Source: Octopus vulgaris
Taxonomy: Eukaryota
Reading direction: 5' to 3'
Assembly: GCA_951406725.2 (NCBI GenBank)
Contig: OX597824.1
Span: 41,788,001-41,852,000, forward strand
DNA: 64,000 nt
Positions 26,727 to 40,966 of the stretch are shown here, piece by piece. The stretch's first letter is position 1. Every line of letters starts with the position of its first letter. The position numbers and the translations under genes are program-made. Under the pieces are notes generated by a model. It was not told the origin of the DNA. It searched no databases and worked only from the letters and a program-made list of their open reading frames with translations.

Positions 26727-27095
26727 TAATAAATACTATAATATAATAAATTTTAGCGTCAGTAATTCATTTACTTAATTTAACTTGATTAAAATGTTTC
26801 GATTAATTACTGCAGAACTAACAAAGTATTAGCTTTTATTAATGGTGATCCAGCTAATTATAATTCAGGGAAATTAGCTTAAGGAAAACCGCAGAATAGC
26901 AAAGGTCACTGCGTAATTTCAGAGTGGAAGAGAAGGAAAGGAAGGAAAATGATATAATGGGTTCATCTATATACATTTGAGAAGTATGTGTGTGTTTGTG
27001 TTTATATACGTAGTTATGTGAGTGTGTGTGTGTGCATGCATGCATGCATGTGTGTCCGTGTGTATGTACGCATCTTTGAGAATGCATGCATGTAT

Positions 27096-27136
<41 letters not shown>

Positions 27137-27139
<3 letters not shown>

Positions 27140-27365
27140 ATTTCCTGTTGGTCAGTTCTAATTTTGGAGGTGTACTTGTATAGCAAGTGACCTGATCTGA
27201 GATCGTGTGCTGGAACGAAAATAATTGAAGCATGGAAGGTGCTTATAAACCATTTAAGAAACACACAAAAACCGTTAGATTCACTTCAACATTTAAATTC
27301 AATTTGTCAAAATATTTTCGTCGCTTTGAGACCGCGACCTGTTCACTGACAAAATTCCGTGCTGC
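27137..27365 (-). mobile_element. PLE-type pseudo-LTR remnant (HHR plus ORF start) at (TA)n
   Basis: ATG at 27253 gives MVYKHLPCFNYFRSSTRSQIRSLAIQV; abuts (TA)n. Confidence 0.7.
27303..27353 (-). ncRNA. Minimal hammerhead variant (G3-C8)
   Basis: tttgtca GTGAACA G GTCGC ggtctcaaa GCGAC GAA AATATT T tgacaaa. Confidence 0.8.
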
Positions 27366-27624
27366 ATCACTGTTTGAGCTCTAATTTTCTTTGTTGTTAA
27401 TTTAATGATATTCTATTGAGTTCTTCACATTAAAAATAAAAATAAAATGTCTAATGTTGCTAGTTGACCAAATCAAAACGACAAAGCAATAGAAGAGTGC
27501 AGTTCTTAACAGTAATGTAGCCAGGTCGATGAAGCTCAAATTTGCAATCCTCTTTCTAAGCGTTCTTCGTCGTCATGTCACCTTGACGAGTAATACATTA
27601 CATTAACACTATGCAAGGTATATA

Positions 27625-27940
27625 TAAAATGTGTTGCCGAATGATTAAGAACTTTGCTTCGCAATCTCGAAGCTTCGGATTCCATTTCTCTGCGTGGCAT
27701 CTTGGGCCAGTGTCTTATACTATAATGTCGGATCGTCCTGATCCTTATGAGTGAAACAAGTTTAATGGAAACTATGTGAAAGCACTTGTAATTTAAAGGA
27801 GCTACCTTGTCACACATAGTATCACATTGATTACCTTATATCTCAGATATATCGAGTCACTTACGTGCTAATTCAGATAACAAATAGATCAGTTAATTGA
27901 ATAACTGCGTACTCATCGTCGAAATCCGACGGAGGTCCAT
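27625..27940 (+). mobile_element. SINE family D, degenerate
   Basis: A-like head ('tgcgtggcatcttggg') plus 'ccttgtcacac...catcgtcg...cgacggag' tail. Confidence 0.6.
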
Positions 27941-28557
27941 TATTGTTTCTTACAATTTATACAGAAAAAAATCTGGGATAAATAGTATTATGTGTCATTC
28001 AAGTCTTTCTCAAATGCGTTGCTACTATTGTTGTGTGCGTTTTGTTCTGAATAGGGCGTTCTAGTCATGACACTCCCGTCATTCTCTCAGAATTGAGTAT
28101 CAAGGACTATATTATCTAACGTGCGCCTTCCTTTCTAATTCGGTAGGGTGTCATATGAGGTAGATGTGATTGCTATTTCTAAAATGTTTGACAACCACAT
28201 AGGAGCTACTTCACTGGTAGACCGCAAATGTAGTAAATATAGTAGGAGAAATAAACATGTCTCCTTTCTAAAATGGGGGTAAAAATATACATCATTTGCG
28301 GTCTTGGCTCTCCAAAAGCTAATTTTCTCTCTCCTTAAGACTCACGCCCCACCTCTCAGCCGTGATATTAATGAGGTATTTGATAAAACTAAGTCGATAG
28401 AAGATAAGACTAAAATGAAAAGCTGTCAGAATTTATTGTTATTGCAATAAATTACAACGAAATGTTCGATAAACGAGGCTGCTAATTCTGTTAACGAGAG
28501 GATTAAAAATATTTGATAAAGTGAGCAACCACTATAGGTTAATGTTAGCAGTAAATG

Positions 28558-28612
<55 letters not shown>

Positions 28613-30156
28613 CACGGAGGGAAACGTATTATTTATGAGGTGTGTCAGACTTATGAAATGTATGTGTCACTGCAATATATGAGCTTAGTAAAAAGACAAA
28701 AATATTTGGTGTGAACATGGTTCATAATGCTAAGTACTTTTAGCAGTGTAGCAATTGCATGAATAATTATAAGAATATCTTGGTATCCGACATGCTGAAC
28801 TCGTATATATTTAAAAACAATGAAGTTAATATTATTATTATTCCTCGCATTGGTTTTTCCTTACGAAATATTTTGGCGGTGTTATCTCGTTACAAAATCT
28901 TTTTCTGCTATTTTCTGGGCGTTAGGCGAAGATTCGTAGATGTGAGTACATAGTTGAATGAACTGTCCATGCTATATGACCGATTGTAATTTTATTGATA
29001 CAGGAGTGCTGTTAGATAAAAGTGACTAATACGAAATTTGAACTCACGACTTAGATGAAGTAAATTAAAAGAAAGTTTGTCTTTCTACTGCTTCCATCAA
29101 CTCAATGTCCAAATTATCTGCCTGCAACAGAATTAATAAAGAAAAAAATTACATAATAAATAAGTTTAAAACCAATAAAAATTGGCTAGAGCAATAAAAC
29201 AAATCCTTAATCTCTGAAAACAATTGCCGTCATGTTTCTTAGAAATAAAACTTCCTAACCACGTCGTATCAACGAAATAGTGGTAACTCGAGAGCAGAGT
29301 AAAACGACAAAAACACCCAAATGAATGTATGAATGTATGTCATAAAGCCTGCTTCAAGTCAATGTTAACCACAAGATACAATCTCATGTAGTGAAGATGG
29401 TTACTTTATTTATTTTCTGAGATCATGTTTCTATTTTAAAGTCAAACTCCGGGTTCGTATTTAAGAAGCCTCAGTTTTAAAATGTTTTGAGTTTTAGGTT
29501 TAAAATATATTAAGGGGAAGGATAATGTTATCGTGTAATAATACTACACAGCCTTCTCATATTCACATGATAATTAATTTTGGACAGCCAAAGCTATCAG
29601 GAAATCCAGAATAGAAGATGAATTCTGTTTTAGGTTAGTTTTTAAGGCAGATAGTAAAATAATTCAACAAAAGAGAAACACCGCTGATTAAAGATGTCAA
29701 ATAGTATGTGAAAACTTTTGATATTTTAACGCAGATTGTTTATAACTAACCACAATCTTTGTCAAGAAAGAACAACTGCAAACTGTCTTTTGACACACAC
29801 ACACAGACACACACACATGCACACACATATAGTGATTCGATTGGTCGGTAGCTTAAATATACACTCCTAATATTTCAAAATTCCTCGAATGGCATTCTTT
29901 ATTATTTAAATCCTTTCGTTAAATTATCATGTCAAAGTTGAATATCACTCCCCACTCCCCCACCCAAAAATTCAAAGAATATATTACCTAAAGAAATAGC
30001 ACTTTATAAAAACAGTATTTTACATAATGGTACATGATGCTGCATGTTGTTACATGTCAAGGCATATAATGTATTCTAAATAAAATTCGCTACAAAAACG
30101 TGTGTAGTGGTATCCAAAACGCCAATTCGTTTCAACTTTCTTATTATATATATATG

Positions 30157-30228
<72 letters not shown>

Positions 30229-30243
30229 TGTATGTGTGTGTGT

Positions 30244-30422
30244 AGTCAATTTAAATAAACGAACAATAAAATTAACAATAACAGATAACGAGAAAGGAAG
30301 GAGGAGGAAGGTAGAGTTTTGACATTTCGAGCATAGCACTTCGTCGGGAAAAAAGGAAGGGAAAAATTCAAAGAAGGGGAAGAAATCGCCAGCAGCACGT
30401 GCGTAGTTACATTTTGCTGAAG
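30244..30422 (-). mobile_element. PLE pseudo-LTR remnant between microsatellites
   Basis: Homologous to 63425-63630; carries an HHR motif. Confidence 0.7.
30317..30352 (-). ncRNA. Minimal hammerhead motif, mutated
   Basis: ttc CCGACGA A GTGC tat GCTC GAA ATGT C aaaa. Confidence 0.65.
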
Positions 30423-30424
30423 TA

Positions 30425-30485
<61 letters not shown>

Positions 30486-31107
30486 CGGCCTTTTCAGAAC
30501 ATACAAGTATTATGAGTGCGAACGTTTATAAGTTTAGGTTGATGGGTATGGAAAGTCCTGTTGCAAGGTATACACACACGAACACACACCAACACACACA
30601 CACACACACACATGCACACACACACACATGCACACACACAGTGAAAATAGTAAATAAATTTTTATGATCTTATAAGATATATATATTAGGCGACGAACTG
30701 GATGAATTGTTAGAGCGTAAGTCAAAATACTATTGTCATATATACACAAACGCAGATATATAAAGCGTTTTTTATAATAATGGAACTGATGGCCCCGTTT
30801 ATGTTATACAATTTCCTTCATAAATGTGCTTATTCCACATTTGCGTTTAAAATGTGGCTCATCTTTATGAGACTCCTTGCATATGAGGATAGCTCACTTG
30901 TTAAATACAACAGTGGCTTAAGCTATATTTTTTAGAAATAAAAGAACTGTGGGCACAGCAGACTCTCATCCCGCCTGCACACATTTGCCCGAATATATAT
31001 GTACCTATGTGTGTGTGTGTGTATGTGTGTGTGTGTGTGTGTGTGTGTTTGTGTGTGTGTGTGAGTGTGCGTTAAATGGAAAAGCAGTGACGGGTGAAGA
31101 TTCTGTA

Positions 31108-31160
<53 letters not shown>

Positions 31161-31398
31161 GCTTATAATGCCCTTGTTCGAAAATACCGCGTGGTATAGT
31201 CACCTGGAGACGATGCCTCCTGGGACTAAATTACAACAACATTCGTTCTAAACCAGGACTGCCATGTTATGTTGGCAAATAATCTTTACTTTTGAGTACT
31301 GTTACTGAATATCTCTCGTTGAGAGATTTACAAATAGTAATTAACCACAATATTAGACTATTTTTTCTTTAACCAATACATAAGCTTTAAGCTTATAG

Positions 31399-31530
<132 letters not shown>

Positions 31531-31538
31531 ATATACAC

Positions 31539-31940
31539 AAGGCGGCGAGCTGGCAGAAACGTTAGCACGCCGGGCGAAATGCGTAGCCGTATTTCGTCTG
31601 CCGTTACGTTCTAAGTTCAAATTCCGCCGAGGTCGACTTTGCCTTTCATCCGTTCGGGGTCGATAAATTAAGTACCAGTTACGCACTGGAGTCGATGTAA
31701 TCGACTTAATCCGTTTGTTTGTCCTTGTTTATCCCCTCTGTGTTTAGCCCCTTGTGGGTAGTAAAGAAATAGGTATTTCGTCTGTCTTTACGTTCCGAGT
31801 TTAAATTCCGCCGAGGTCGATTTTGCCTTTCATCCTTTAGGGATCGATAAATTAAGTATCAGTCAAGTATTTGGGTCGATGTAATCGACTATCCCTCTCC
31901 CCACGAATTCCAGGCTTTGTGCTTATATTAGAAAGGATTA
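31539..31940 (+). mobile_element. SINE family B, full copy followed by a second partial unit
   Basis: 'aaggcggcgagctggcagaaacgttagcacg...'; core repeats from about 31772. Confidence 0.9.
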
Positions 31941-32079
31941 TCACATACATACACTTGCACACACATGCATACACACATACATACAAGCGTATACGAGTGG
32001 TGAATGGTAGACACGGTGGCGAGACTGAGAAAGATTTTTGCAATATTTCGCTACGCTTAGTAGGTCGGCTGTTCCTTGT

Positions 32080-32240
32080 TTTTTTGGTGTGGTTAAGAAA
32101 TACAATTTGTAAACCGCATTGTTTTGACTTCGAGCTACTGGGTGGTATCTTGAGTACGTATTCTCTCCAATAGTTCCGGGCTGACCAAAGCCATGTGAGT
32201 GAAGTTGGTAGACGGAAACTGTATGGAATCCCATCTATAT
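32080..32240 (+). mobile_element. SINE family A head, degenerate
   Basis: 'gaccaaagccatgtgagtgaagttggtagacggaaactg'. Confidence 0.6.
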
Positions 32241-32275
32241 ATAAACTTGATGAATACGATTTCGAGATATTCACA

Positions 32276-32498
32276 CACTATTTGCCGGTGTAGAAGATGC
32301 ACTCTCGCATAAGACTCTATTTTTTCTGAAAAAAAAAAAAAATAAAAGTTATATTTTGTCGGAAAAACAAATTTAATGTTTTATCATGCATTATTACACT
32401 CGATATCTTATTCATAATACGGTCGCATCTGAGGCATGGCAATTTTTTGGTTACATTTAAGAATAAAAAATGTACGTCTTCAACACCGGTACATACGG
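32276..32498. mobile_element. pogo/Tc2-type MITE
   Basis: 'tatttgccggtgtagaagatgc' and inverted 'cgtcttcaacaccggtacatacgg' followed by TA. Confidence 0.6.
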
Positions 32499-32612
32499 TA
32501 CATTTCCGATCTGCGTTTATAACGAGAATGCAAAGAAATGGCTACGATAATGAATTAATAATAACCAAGTTACTTATTGTGATCGCAGTGCTGTATTTTT
32601 GCAGAAGGACTA

Positions 32613-32657
<45 letters not shown>

Positions 32658-33492
32658 GACACATACACACACGGACGCACACACACATTCACACACAAGC
32701 ACACAATCACACACGCACACAATACACTCTCTTCCTCACGCTTACGCACATACCAAATTATACTTGAAACCTCACAACTAAACAAAAAAGATACAGTCCA
32801 TTAAAATCGTTTATATTGTGTTTTAACTGATAATTTTCTATTTTCTATTCGTATTTTTATAAGACCTGGAATATGACCTTAGGCTGTAGAGCCTAGTGAG
32901 TTCCTTCTGTCGTTTTCCATCTTTGCATGGTTGAGTCTAACGATGAGTGTCGTGTCTTCCATTTTGTCTATCTGTCTGTCTCTTTTTTTCTGTCTCTTCT
33001 TCTCTCCCGCTCTTGCTTTCTCACTATTTTACTGCGTATGTGTGTGCTAGAGTCACCCTTACACCATATTTCACTTCGAAGCACTTTTATAAGCTGGAGA
33101 TTCATAACAGATATAAAGTGACTGTTACAGAGTTAGAGAAAGAGAAAAATGTTTGTATTAAAATGGCGTCTACATATGCATGCATTTTGATATATTTACT
33201 GTTAAGAAAAGGGAATGTACAACATCACTGCCTATCCGGAAAGCATTAACGCTAACATTTTTTTCCCGCCCCTTCAAATGATAAATATTTATATATATCT
33301 GGGAGTCACAACACAAACATGTTTTTTCTGTTTTTTGCGACACATATTAGAAATTTAGTGCGAATTACGCTTAACAATATTTTCAATCTTTCAAAGTGTT
33401 TTTTAGACTGATATATAACAATTCCAAAATCAGGAAACCTTTGTTATTTGGATGCTCGGAGGAAAAAAAAAAGAAAGATCTGATATAGACAG

Positions 33493-33613
<121 letters not shown>

Positions 33614-33711
33614 TATTAATAATAATAATAATAATAATAATGACAACAACAACAACAACAATAAAGATGATGATAATGGTGGTGGGGGTGATGATGATGA
33701 TGATGATGATG

Positions 33712-33779
<68 letters not shown>

Positions 33780-34912
33780 TGACTGGATAGAATAAAATCC
33801 AAGCAGTTAATACGTGGGTGCTAGCATCACTTTGGTATGGAATGGGCATTATAAAATGGTAAAAAAGAGAAATGAAGAAAATGGATGCCAAGACTAGAAA
33901 AAATGTTAGGCTGTACATGTCCAGAAGAAAGGGTGGTAGAGGCTTGATCAGTTGCCAGGACTGTATCGAAGCAGAAGAAAACAGCCTAGGGTGGTATATA
34001 AAAAATGCCGTGGAACAGTTTTGGAAAATACGAAGAAGGTCGGCATCATAAAAACTGAAAATTGCGTGACTAAAGAATAATTTAAACAAGAAATGAACAA
34101 AAGAAAAGAAAAAGCATGGAAGGAAAAGGAAATGTACGGTCAGTTTGCAAGAGATGTGAACGCCAAGACATGCAGAAGACCGGTGGTTATGTGACCTGAA
34201 GACAGAGACAGAATAAGCGTTAGAGATCAATTATATGAAGTGCAGAATAGACAACACTACCGATAGCGACAAATGCAGAATGTGTGGTGAGTGGGGTGAA
34301 ATGGTATGGCACATCATTAGCGAATGCTCGAAATTGGCACCAAGCGAATACAAAAGATGCCATGATAATGTGGCAAGAATAATCCATTGGAAATCAAGGC
34401 ATACAAGGAGCAAAGACATGGTATCAGGAAACCCTAGAAGGAGTCACCGAAAATGAGAATTGAAAAATCCTGTAGGATGCAATGCCAGTGCGATCACCTG
34501 ACCAGACATCGGAAACCGGACATTGTTGTGGTGAATAAGAAAGAAAGAACATGTATCATAATCGACATAGCATGCCCTGGTGACAACAGGATCAATGTGA
34601 AAGAAGAAAAAATAAACAACTATGACAATTTAAAGTGGGAAATACGAAGGTTGTTGTCAATGAAGAGAGTAGACGTATTACGAATAGTAACTGGTGGACT
34701 TGGAAGTATCAGCACTCAACTACCAGCATGGCTGAAAAAGATCGGTTCAAGTGTGAAGGTAGAACACCTACAAAACTCAGCATTGCTTGGAACTGCAAGA
34801 ATTCTTCGAAGGGTTCCTATAGCATGACAAGGAAACAAGTGTCATCTTAGACTGCTGACTGTGGACACCTGACACTGTCCACCATACCCAGTAAAATAAG
34901 CTGTGAATTTTA
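33780..34912 (+). mobile_element. R4/Dong-like RLE LINE, 5'-truncated, in (TAA)n
   Basis: RLYMSRRKGGRGL; CCHC knuckle CRMC..HIISEC; RHRKPDIVVV..IIDIACP restriction-like endonuclease; TAA tracts on both sides. Confidence 0.92.
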
Positions 34913-34948
34913 ATATAATAATAATAAATAATAATGATAATAATAATC

Positions 34949-35009
<61 letters not shown>

Positions 35010-35010
<1 letters not shown>

Positions 35011-35192
35011 TTCTACTAAAAGCTCAAGGCCTGAAATTTTAGGGGAGGAGACTTGTCGATTACAACGACTCCAGTGTTTCACTGGTACTTCATTTATCGT
35101 CCCCGAAAAGATGATGGCCACGGTGAAATTTGAACTGAGAACGTAAAGACGGACGAAATGCTGCTAAGTATTTTGGCCCGGCTCACCGCCTT
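35010..35192 (-). mobile_element. SINE family B
   Basis: 'aggcctgaaatttt...atttgaactgagaacgtaaagacggacgaaatg'. Confidence 0.75.
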
Positions 35193-35209
35193 TATAGTAA
35201 TAATAATTA

Positions 35210-35490
35210 GGGGGTAAGGGGTAAAGACCCCCTTCGGTCATGAATGACCATGGGATTGCACCTAGAAAGTTACCCTCCTAGACACAAGTCCGGGCAAGGT
35301 TGTTTATGGAAGACCAGCAGTCGCCCATGCATACCAGCCTCCCCTCTCCTCGCCACCAGTATTATCCAAGGGAAAGACAGAGGTCGATACAGCTTGGCAC
35401 CTATGACGTCGCAACTCATTTCTACAGCTGAGTGAACTGGAGCAACGTGAAATAAAGTGCCTTGCTCAAGAACACAACACGCAGCCCGGT
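35210..35490 (-). mobile_element. SINE family E, head-truncated
   Basis: 'ctggagcaacgtgaaataaagtgccttgctcaaga' shared with 18260-18295. Confidence 0.65.
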
Positions 35491-35491
35491 G

Positions 35492-35645
<154 letters not shown>

Positions 35646-36974
35646 TAATAATAATGATGATGATAATGATAATATATCTTAAGTAGATGCGCGATGAATG
35701 AAGTTAGTTTATTTATTCTTAATAATCAGAACCATTCCTCGATAAGTGAAACGTTTTATTAACATAGAAGGACAAGAAGAATAGTTGTGCTACGATGATG
35801 TCTTTTCGAAGAATATTATAGCAGTAAAAGAAATTGTTTCATACATGAATGGAATAACAACCAAAATTCCCATTAAATTGCACCCAACCAGTTTATAAAT
35901 AGAAGGGCTTATTATTGGATCGTGTTCGTCTTTGTGAAGCCTTAAATCAAAGTTCAGCTTGATCAGGACTGACCAAGGGTTAAACAACGACATAACTTTC
36001 ATACTCTTTTACAAGGAGCCTTGTACATGCAATGCATCGTTCTCCAGTGCCTATCTTATACTGAACGCTTTAATTTTTGAAGTTAAGGAATGAAACGCTT
36101 TGATGGTCAGGTAAATTTTTCGAGTAACACAAGCACGATTTTCACTAAGAAAAAAAAATCAGATTTTTCGCGTGGAATCAAGTACCCTGACCTCCTAATA
36201 TGCTGCAAATCCCTTATTTTTGTTCGGAAAAAGTGGGGTGGGGGAACCCTCCCCTGTCCCGGAATCAAGCTGTGTAAGATACATAAGGGATTATAAGTCT
36301 ACCATAATAGCAATCGAAATTTGTTTCAAGATTCAGTTAACAGGGAAACTTGCCAATATTCTGCTGCGGTTTAAGGCGGCGAGCATTTGCACGCCGGACA
36401 AAATGCTTAGAAGCATTTCGTCCGTTTTAACATTCTGAGATCAAATTCTGCTGAGGTCGACTTTGCCTTTTATCCTTTCGGAGTCGATAAAATAAGTATC
36501 AGTAGAGTACTGGGGCCGATGAAATCGACTTACCCCTATATTAAAAGCAATATTCAATTGCAGTATTTCCGTCAAGTGTCTATTCACGAGTGGTGCGTAT
36601 AGAAATTGAAATGGTCTCACTTTGTTACCATTTTCCAAATAACGAAACTCTTACTTCTTTTATAAATTGCTCATGCTTATAACTGAACGAACAAACATTT
36701 ATGCAGTATCATGCTTTTAAAGATTGAGTTTTTGGAAAAAGAGCTTGAGAGTGTGAGGTGTTAAACCATCTCGATCAGATATTAAAAAAATCATGAAAAA
36801 TGAGGTAAGTGAAAAACATGGCTTAATTGGAAATCGAAACTTCATTGCAAACAGAATTTTTCCCCAGAGCAAATTACCATGTCTCTAGTGTAGATAAATC
36901 GCTCAAATCTTGTAGAAGAATACTTACGGCCCAAGGAAATGAGTCAGAAATAAAGTATTAGTAATATCACGTCA

Positions 36975-37273
36975 GATCACGTGACCGACCAGACCATCAG
37001 ATGTTGCTATATATCACTGGTCACAATTCGTTCGCATTGTTTTAGCCTTCGAATGACGCCACCCCGCTGGCTAAGCGAGCAAGCCAACAGAAGAAAGAGT
37101 GAGAGAAAGAGTGGTGAAGGAGTACAACAGGGATCACCAACCCCTGCCGGAGCCTCGTGGAGCTTTTAGGTGTTTTCGTTCAATAAACACACACAACGCC
37201 CGGTCTGGGAATCGAAACCGCGATCCTATGACCGCGAGTCCGCTGCCCTAACCACTGGGCCATTGCGCCTCCA
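36975..37273 (-). mobile_element. SINE family C, tail type 2
   Basis: Head is the reverse complement of 45068; tail shared with 51735-52013. Confidence 0.88.
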
Positions 37274-37949
37274 TTTGTAATATACTAGATTGTATTTATG
37301 TTTGTACCTTTCAACAGACTTAATCTCTTCCCTTATACATCTGTGTGTATCGCGTACCTTTTTACTGATAGTGAAGGTTGTAGTACGGGAATTAACCACA
37401 AACATTCGCGACTGTGGTCTGATTTATATAACTTTAGCTGATGCAAATAAACCATCTCGGAGTGAATCTAGTGATGGTGATATGATAGGAACCACTAAAA
37501 GTTCAGTTGTTGTCCAATGTTTTCTTTACACAGTGACCTGATGTTGTAAAGCTATCGCAATTGCTAATTGCCAATATTGTTATTGTTGTTGTATAAACGT
37601 AATATTGTTATTCTTTTAGTAAAAAAACTAAACGAACTTATGTTAGAAAGGGATATGGAAATAGTCAATGTTCAGGTTACTCAGTGTTGTAATATTGGCA
37701 TAAGGGGAATAAAACATCTTCAGCTATTAACCGAAACTTACGCATATACTTCTTCTTACAAGAAATTTCCAATGCATTTTTGCAATTTAAAACTTTGTGT
37801 AGCTAACACAAAGAACATTGGAAAGAGGATAGGCTTACTCACCTTTTAACTGACACTTTACTGCGATAACAACACCTTCTTTGTCTGCTCTTCGATTTCA
37901 AAGATGACTAAGAGTCCGCTTATTGGTTTAGCTGACCTTACAGTACTTT

Positions 37950-39290
37950 TCCCAGGAAGTGGAGTACTGTCGCATACAGGCAGTTCATGGAGGCACAGGT
38001 CTAAATAATGGTAGACGAGCTGTTTCAGAAAGGAATTGGCAGGAATATTATCTAAGATACTGCCCTTGTATAACTTTCAGTACCTCCTATTACTACAACA
38101 ACAACCAATTTAAAGTTGATTCCTACCGATTACTCACATTTTTACAATGTTTTAGTTTTCCTATGGTTAGTCTGTCCTTCACTCCTATTCGCTGTCAATC
38201 TATTCTTCTTCCGTTCTCTCTTACTCTGTCTTTTCAGCTCATTTCCACTGCCTCTTTGACGGTTTCAAAAAATGATGAACCTATTATGTGGAAAATAATA
38301 GATTTGCCTTACACAAAAATACATAGATATCTAAGGATGTATCCAGAATGGTTCATCAGCTTTCCTCTTTTGCTCAGTTTCAAATCTCAAATCTGTAATA
38401 TATTTCACTGAACGGTAAATATGACATTTTCTAGAATTATTAATGTAGAAGGGCGCGTGCTTCATAATGGACCAATCAATTTTATAGTTGTTTGTAATAT
38501 CATCCTTTAAACACCAATGGATACTAATATACATAGTGTTAATTTCTTAGATATAGCTTTAAATGTAGGGTCTACACCATTATACTTACCGAGAAATGGC
38601 CGCGTTTTCATAAAAAAAAATCATCCCACTATAATTCTTAACAATTTAGCTAATAATATTAGTAAGCTCGTATCTAGCTATTTTCCTGACTAGAAATACT
38701 ATGACTATACCTAACGTTGATATGATGCTGTATTAAATGACAAAAAGATACGGAAAAGATAAAATACATTTTGCAGAGAGCAACACTAATGTTCATAATC
38801 ACAAAAATAAGAAACGAAATATAATACCGCTAAGTATTTCTTTCTAATTTTGCTAGAATCTTCCTAATTCTTATTAATATTTTCCTTAAACTGTACATAT
38901 ATCTATATTCATTGGAAGCGGGAGTGAAGTCTGCCACTCTAGCCCAGAGACCAGCAGATCCGTGATTTTGATTTTATTCGATCACTTCACTGGTGGGCAC
39001 TCGTTTGCCAGGCATGGCACTAGTCTGCCTTCGCTGACAGGAGTTCTCTCCTGCTTGAAATGAATGTCGAGTGCGAAAACGCACTGAATAACGAACAGGA
39101 GGAGATGTCTTCCTGGGGTTAAAATAGCAGTATCGTCGGTTCTTAGGGAATACCTACGTTAAAGTAGTGATAAACACTACTTTGTGGTTCGTATACTGCT
39201 TCTATCAGGAATAGAAATTCTCAAACGGTATAGATATATCATAAAATATTTAGTAAAAATAATGTTAAAGTGAATTACAGTAGCCTCAAA
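37950..39290. mobile_element. Rearranged PLE: minus-strand endonuclease and pseudo-LTR joined to plus-strand RT thumb
   Basis: Minus 38331-38534 WCLKD..YKIDWSIMKHAPFY...KC. Plus 38535-38880 VNFLDIALN, NHP..ILNNLANNISK, KRNII; KIFSKNNVKVNYS at about 39243. Confidence 0.75.
38010..38084 (-). ncRNA. Degenerate hammerhead motif
   Basis: ggta CTGAAAG ...ggcag...ctgcc... GAAA CAGCTCG TC tacc. Confidence 0.6.
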
Positions 39291-39479
39291 ATCTTCATTA
39301 GCTTCATAATCGAATAAAACCAGTCAGTTAAAAAACATGTTGTGATCTATGTCCCTAGAAAATTTATATTTTATCATAATATAAATTCAATATAAGTATA
39401 TTACAATTTGCGATCCGAACATCAGTTATAATAAATTCAGATTTTGTGAACAAATCTCTAGGCCGCGAAATCTTGTTTA

Positions 39480-39555
39480 CTATACCTTCCTTAGTTTACA
39501 AATACATCAGTTGTCCGAACAAAACACACCCACTCACTTCGTTCGGATAATCTAG

Positions 39556-39586
<31 letters not shown>

Positions 39587-40108
39587 TGTATGTATGTATG
39601 TATGTATGTATGTATGTATAGGCTTCATAGAAGCGAAGCTTTTCTTGGAAGATTCCGTATGCAGAACCATGACTAATTTGCAGAGAACATGCCACATCAT
39701 CAATGGCCATACCGATGATTCACAAAAACTATATTTTGAGCTTCTTTAATCTCGCCAATGGTAAGGGTTGCTGAGCGTCCTGTTCTCTTTTTGTGCTTCA
39801 CGCTTGTCCGGCCATTTTAAAACTTACCGATCGACTCATACACACTTCTAGGCAGTAGAACGTCATCCCTGTATTGTACTAAATGCCTGCGATGAATTTC
39901 AGCCTCTGACAAACATTCGGACCAGAGAAATCGGATAACTGATCTCTGCTCTTCCTTGGTAGACACTGCAGCAGGGCGGTCATGTTTATTTTGTGATACA
40001 AGAGAGAAAACTGGAGTGCTCAAGGTCAAACCTCGGTTACGTAAGCACAAGAATAACACCTTTTAGCATGAGCGCTGAAGTGCGAATAATTTTGCACTTC
40101 CCTAGTAT
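39480..40108 (-). mobile_element. Mariner transposon, left TIR and N-terminal transposase
   Basis: EEQRSVIRFLWSE...AEIHRR...RSVYE; NGRTSV; ISHGSAYGI; TIR at about 40080-40108. Confidence 0.85.
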
Positions 40109-40667
40109 AGGCATATGCATTTATATATATATGCATATATCATTTCCACATCCATTTACATATGTAATACTTGGATCCATTATCAGTGTTGTATCGTGAG
40201 GTCTCAGGGTGTTTCGAGTCGTACAGCATACTTTCTCGTCTAGGTTAACGCATCCAGGTGACTGGACCCAATTTGGTCAAGCGCAAAACTATGTCCAATC
40301 AGCATTCTATTGATCCCACAGATCTCATTTACCCCACTTATTCCACTTATCCCACTGATCAACTATTTTCAGCCAGAGCTTTCAAGATGCATTCACAGCA
40401 ACCTCTATGCTGTTCTTGAAGGCCCTTCTTTTGCTCATTTCTCTAATGCCCTGATTGCACGGGCTTTATTCATACATACATACATACATGCAGGCCTACA
40501 TTCATACATGCATGCAGGCATGCTTACATATATACATACATACATGCGTGTGTACTTGCCTGCATGCATGCATACATATATGCATACATACACACACATA
40601 CATGCATACAAGATGGGTGCTAAGGGAGCATACTGAAGAACATATGCTCAATCGTGTGCAGATCTCT

Positions 40668-40878
40668 TTACTCTTTACTCTTTTATTTGTTTCAGCCATT
40701 TGACTGTGGCCATGCTGGAGCACCGCCTTTAGTCGAGCAAATCGACCCCAGGACTTATTCTTTGTAAGCCTAGTACTTATTCTATTGGTCTCTTTTGCCG
40801 AATCGCTAAGTTACGTTGACGTAAACACACCAGCATCAGTTGTCAAGCGATGTTGGGGGGACAAACACAGACACACAA

Positions 40879-40966
<88 letters not shown>

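Noticed and set aside
40630-40667. CTGAAGA plus catatg/cgtgtg stem
   Set aside because: No GAAA or helix III before the SINE boundary
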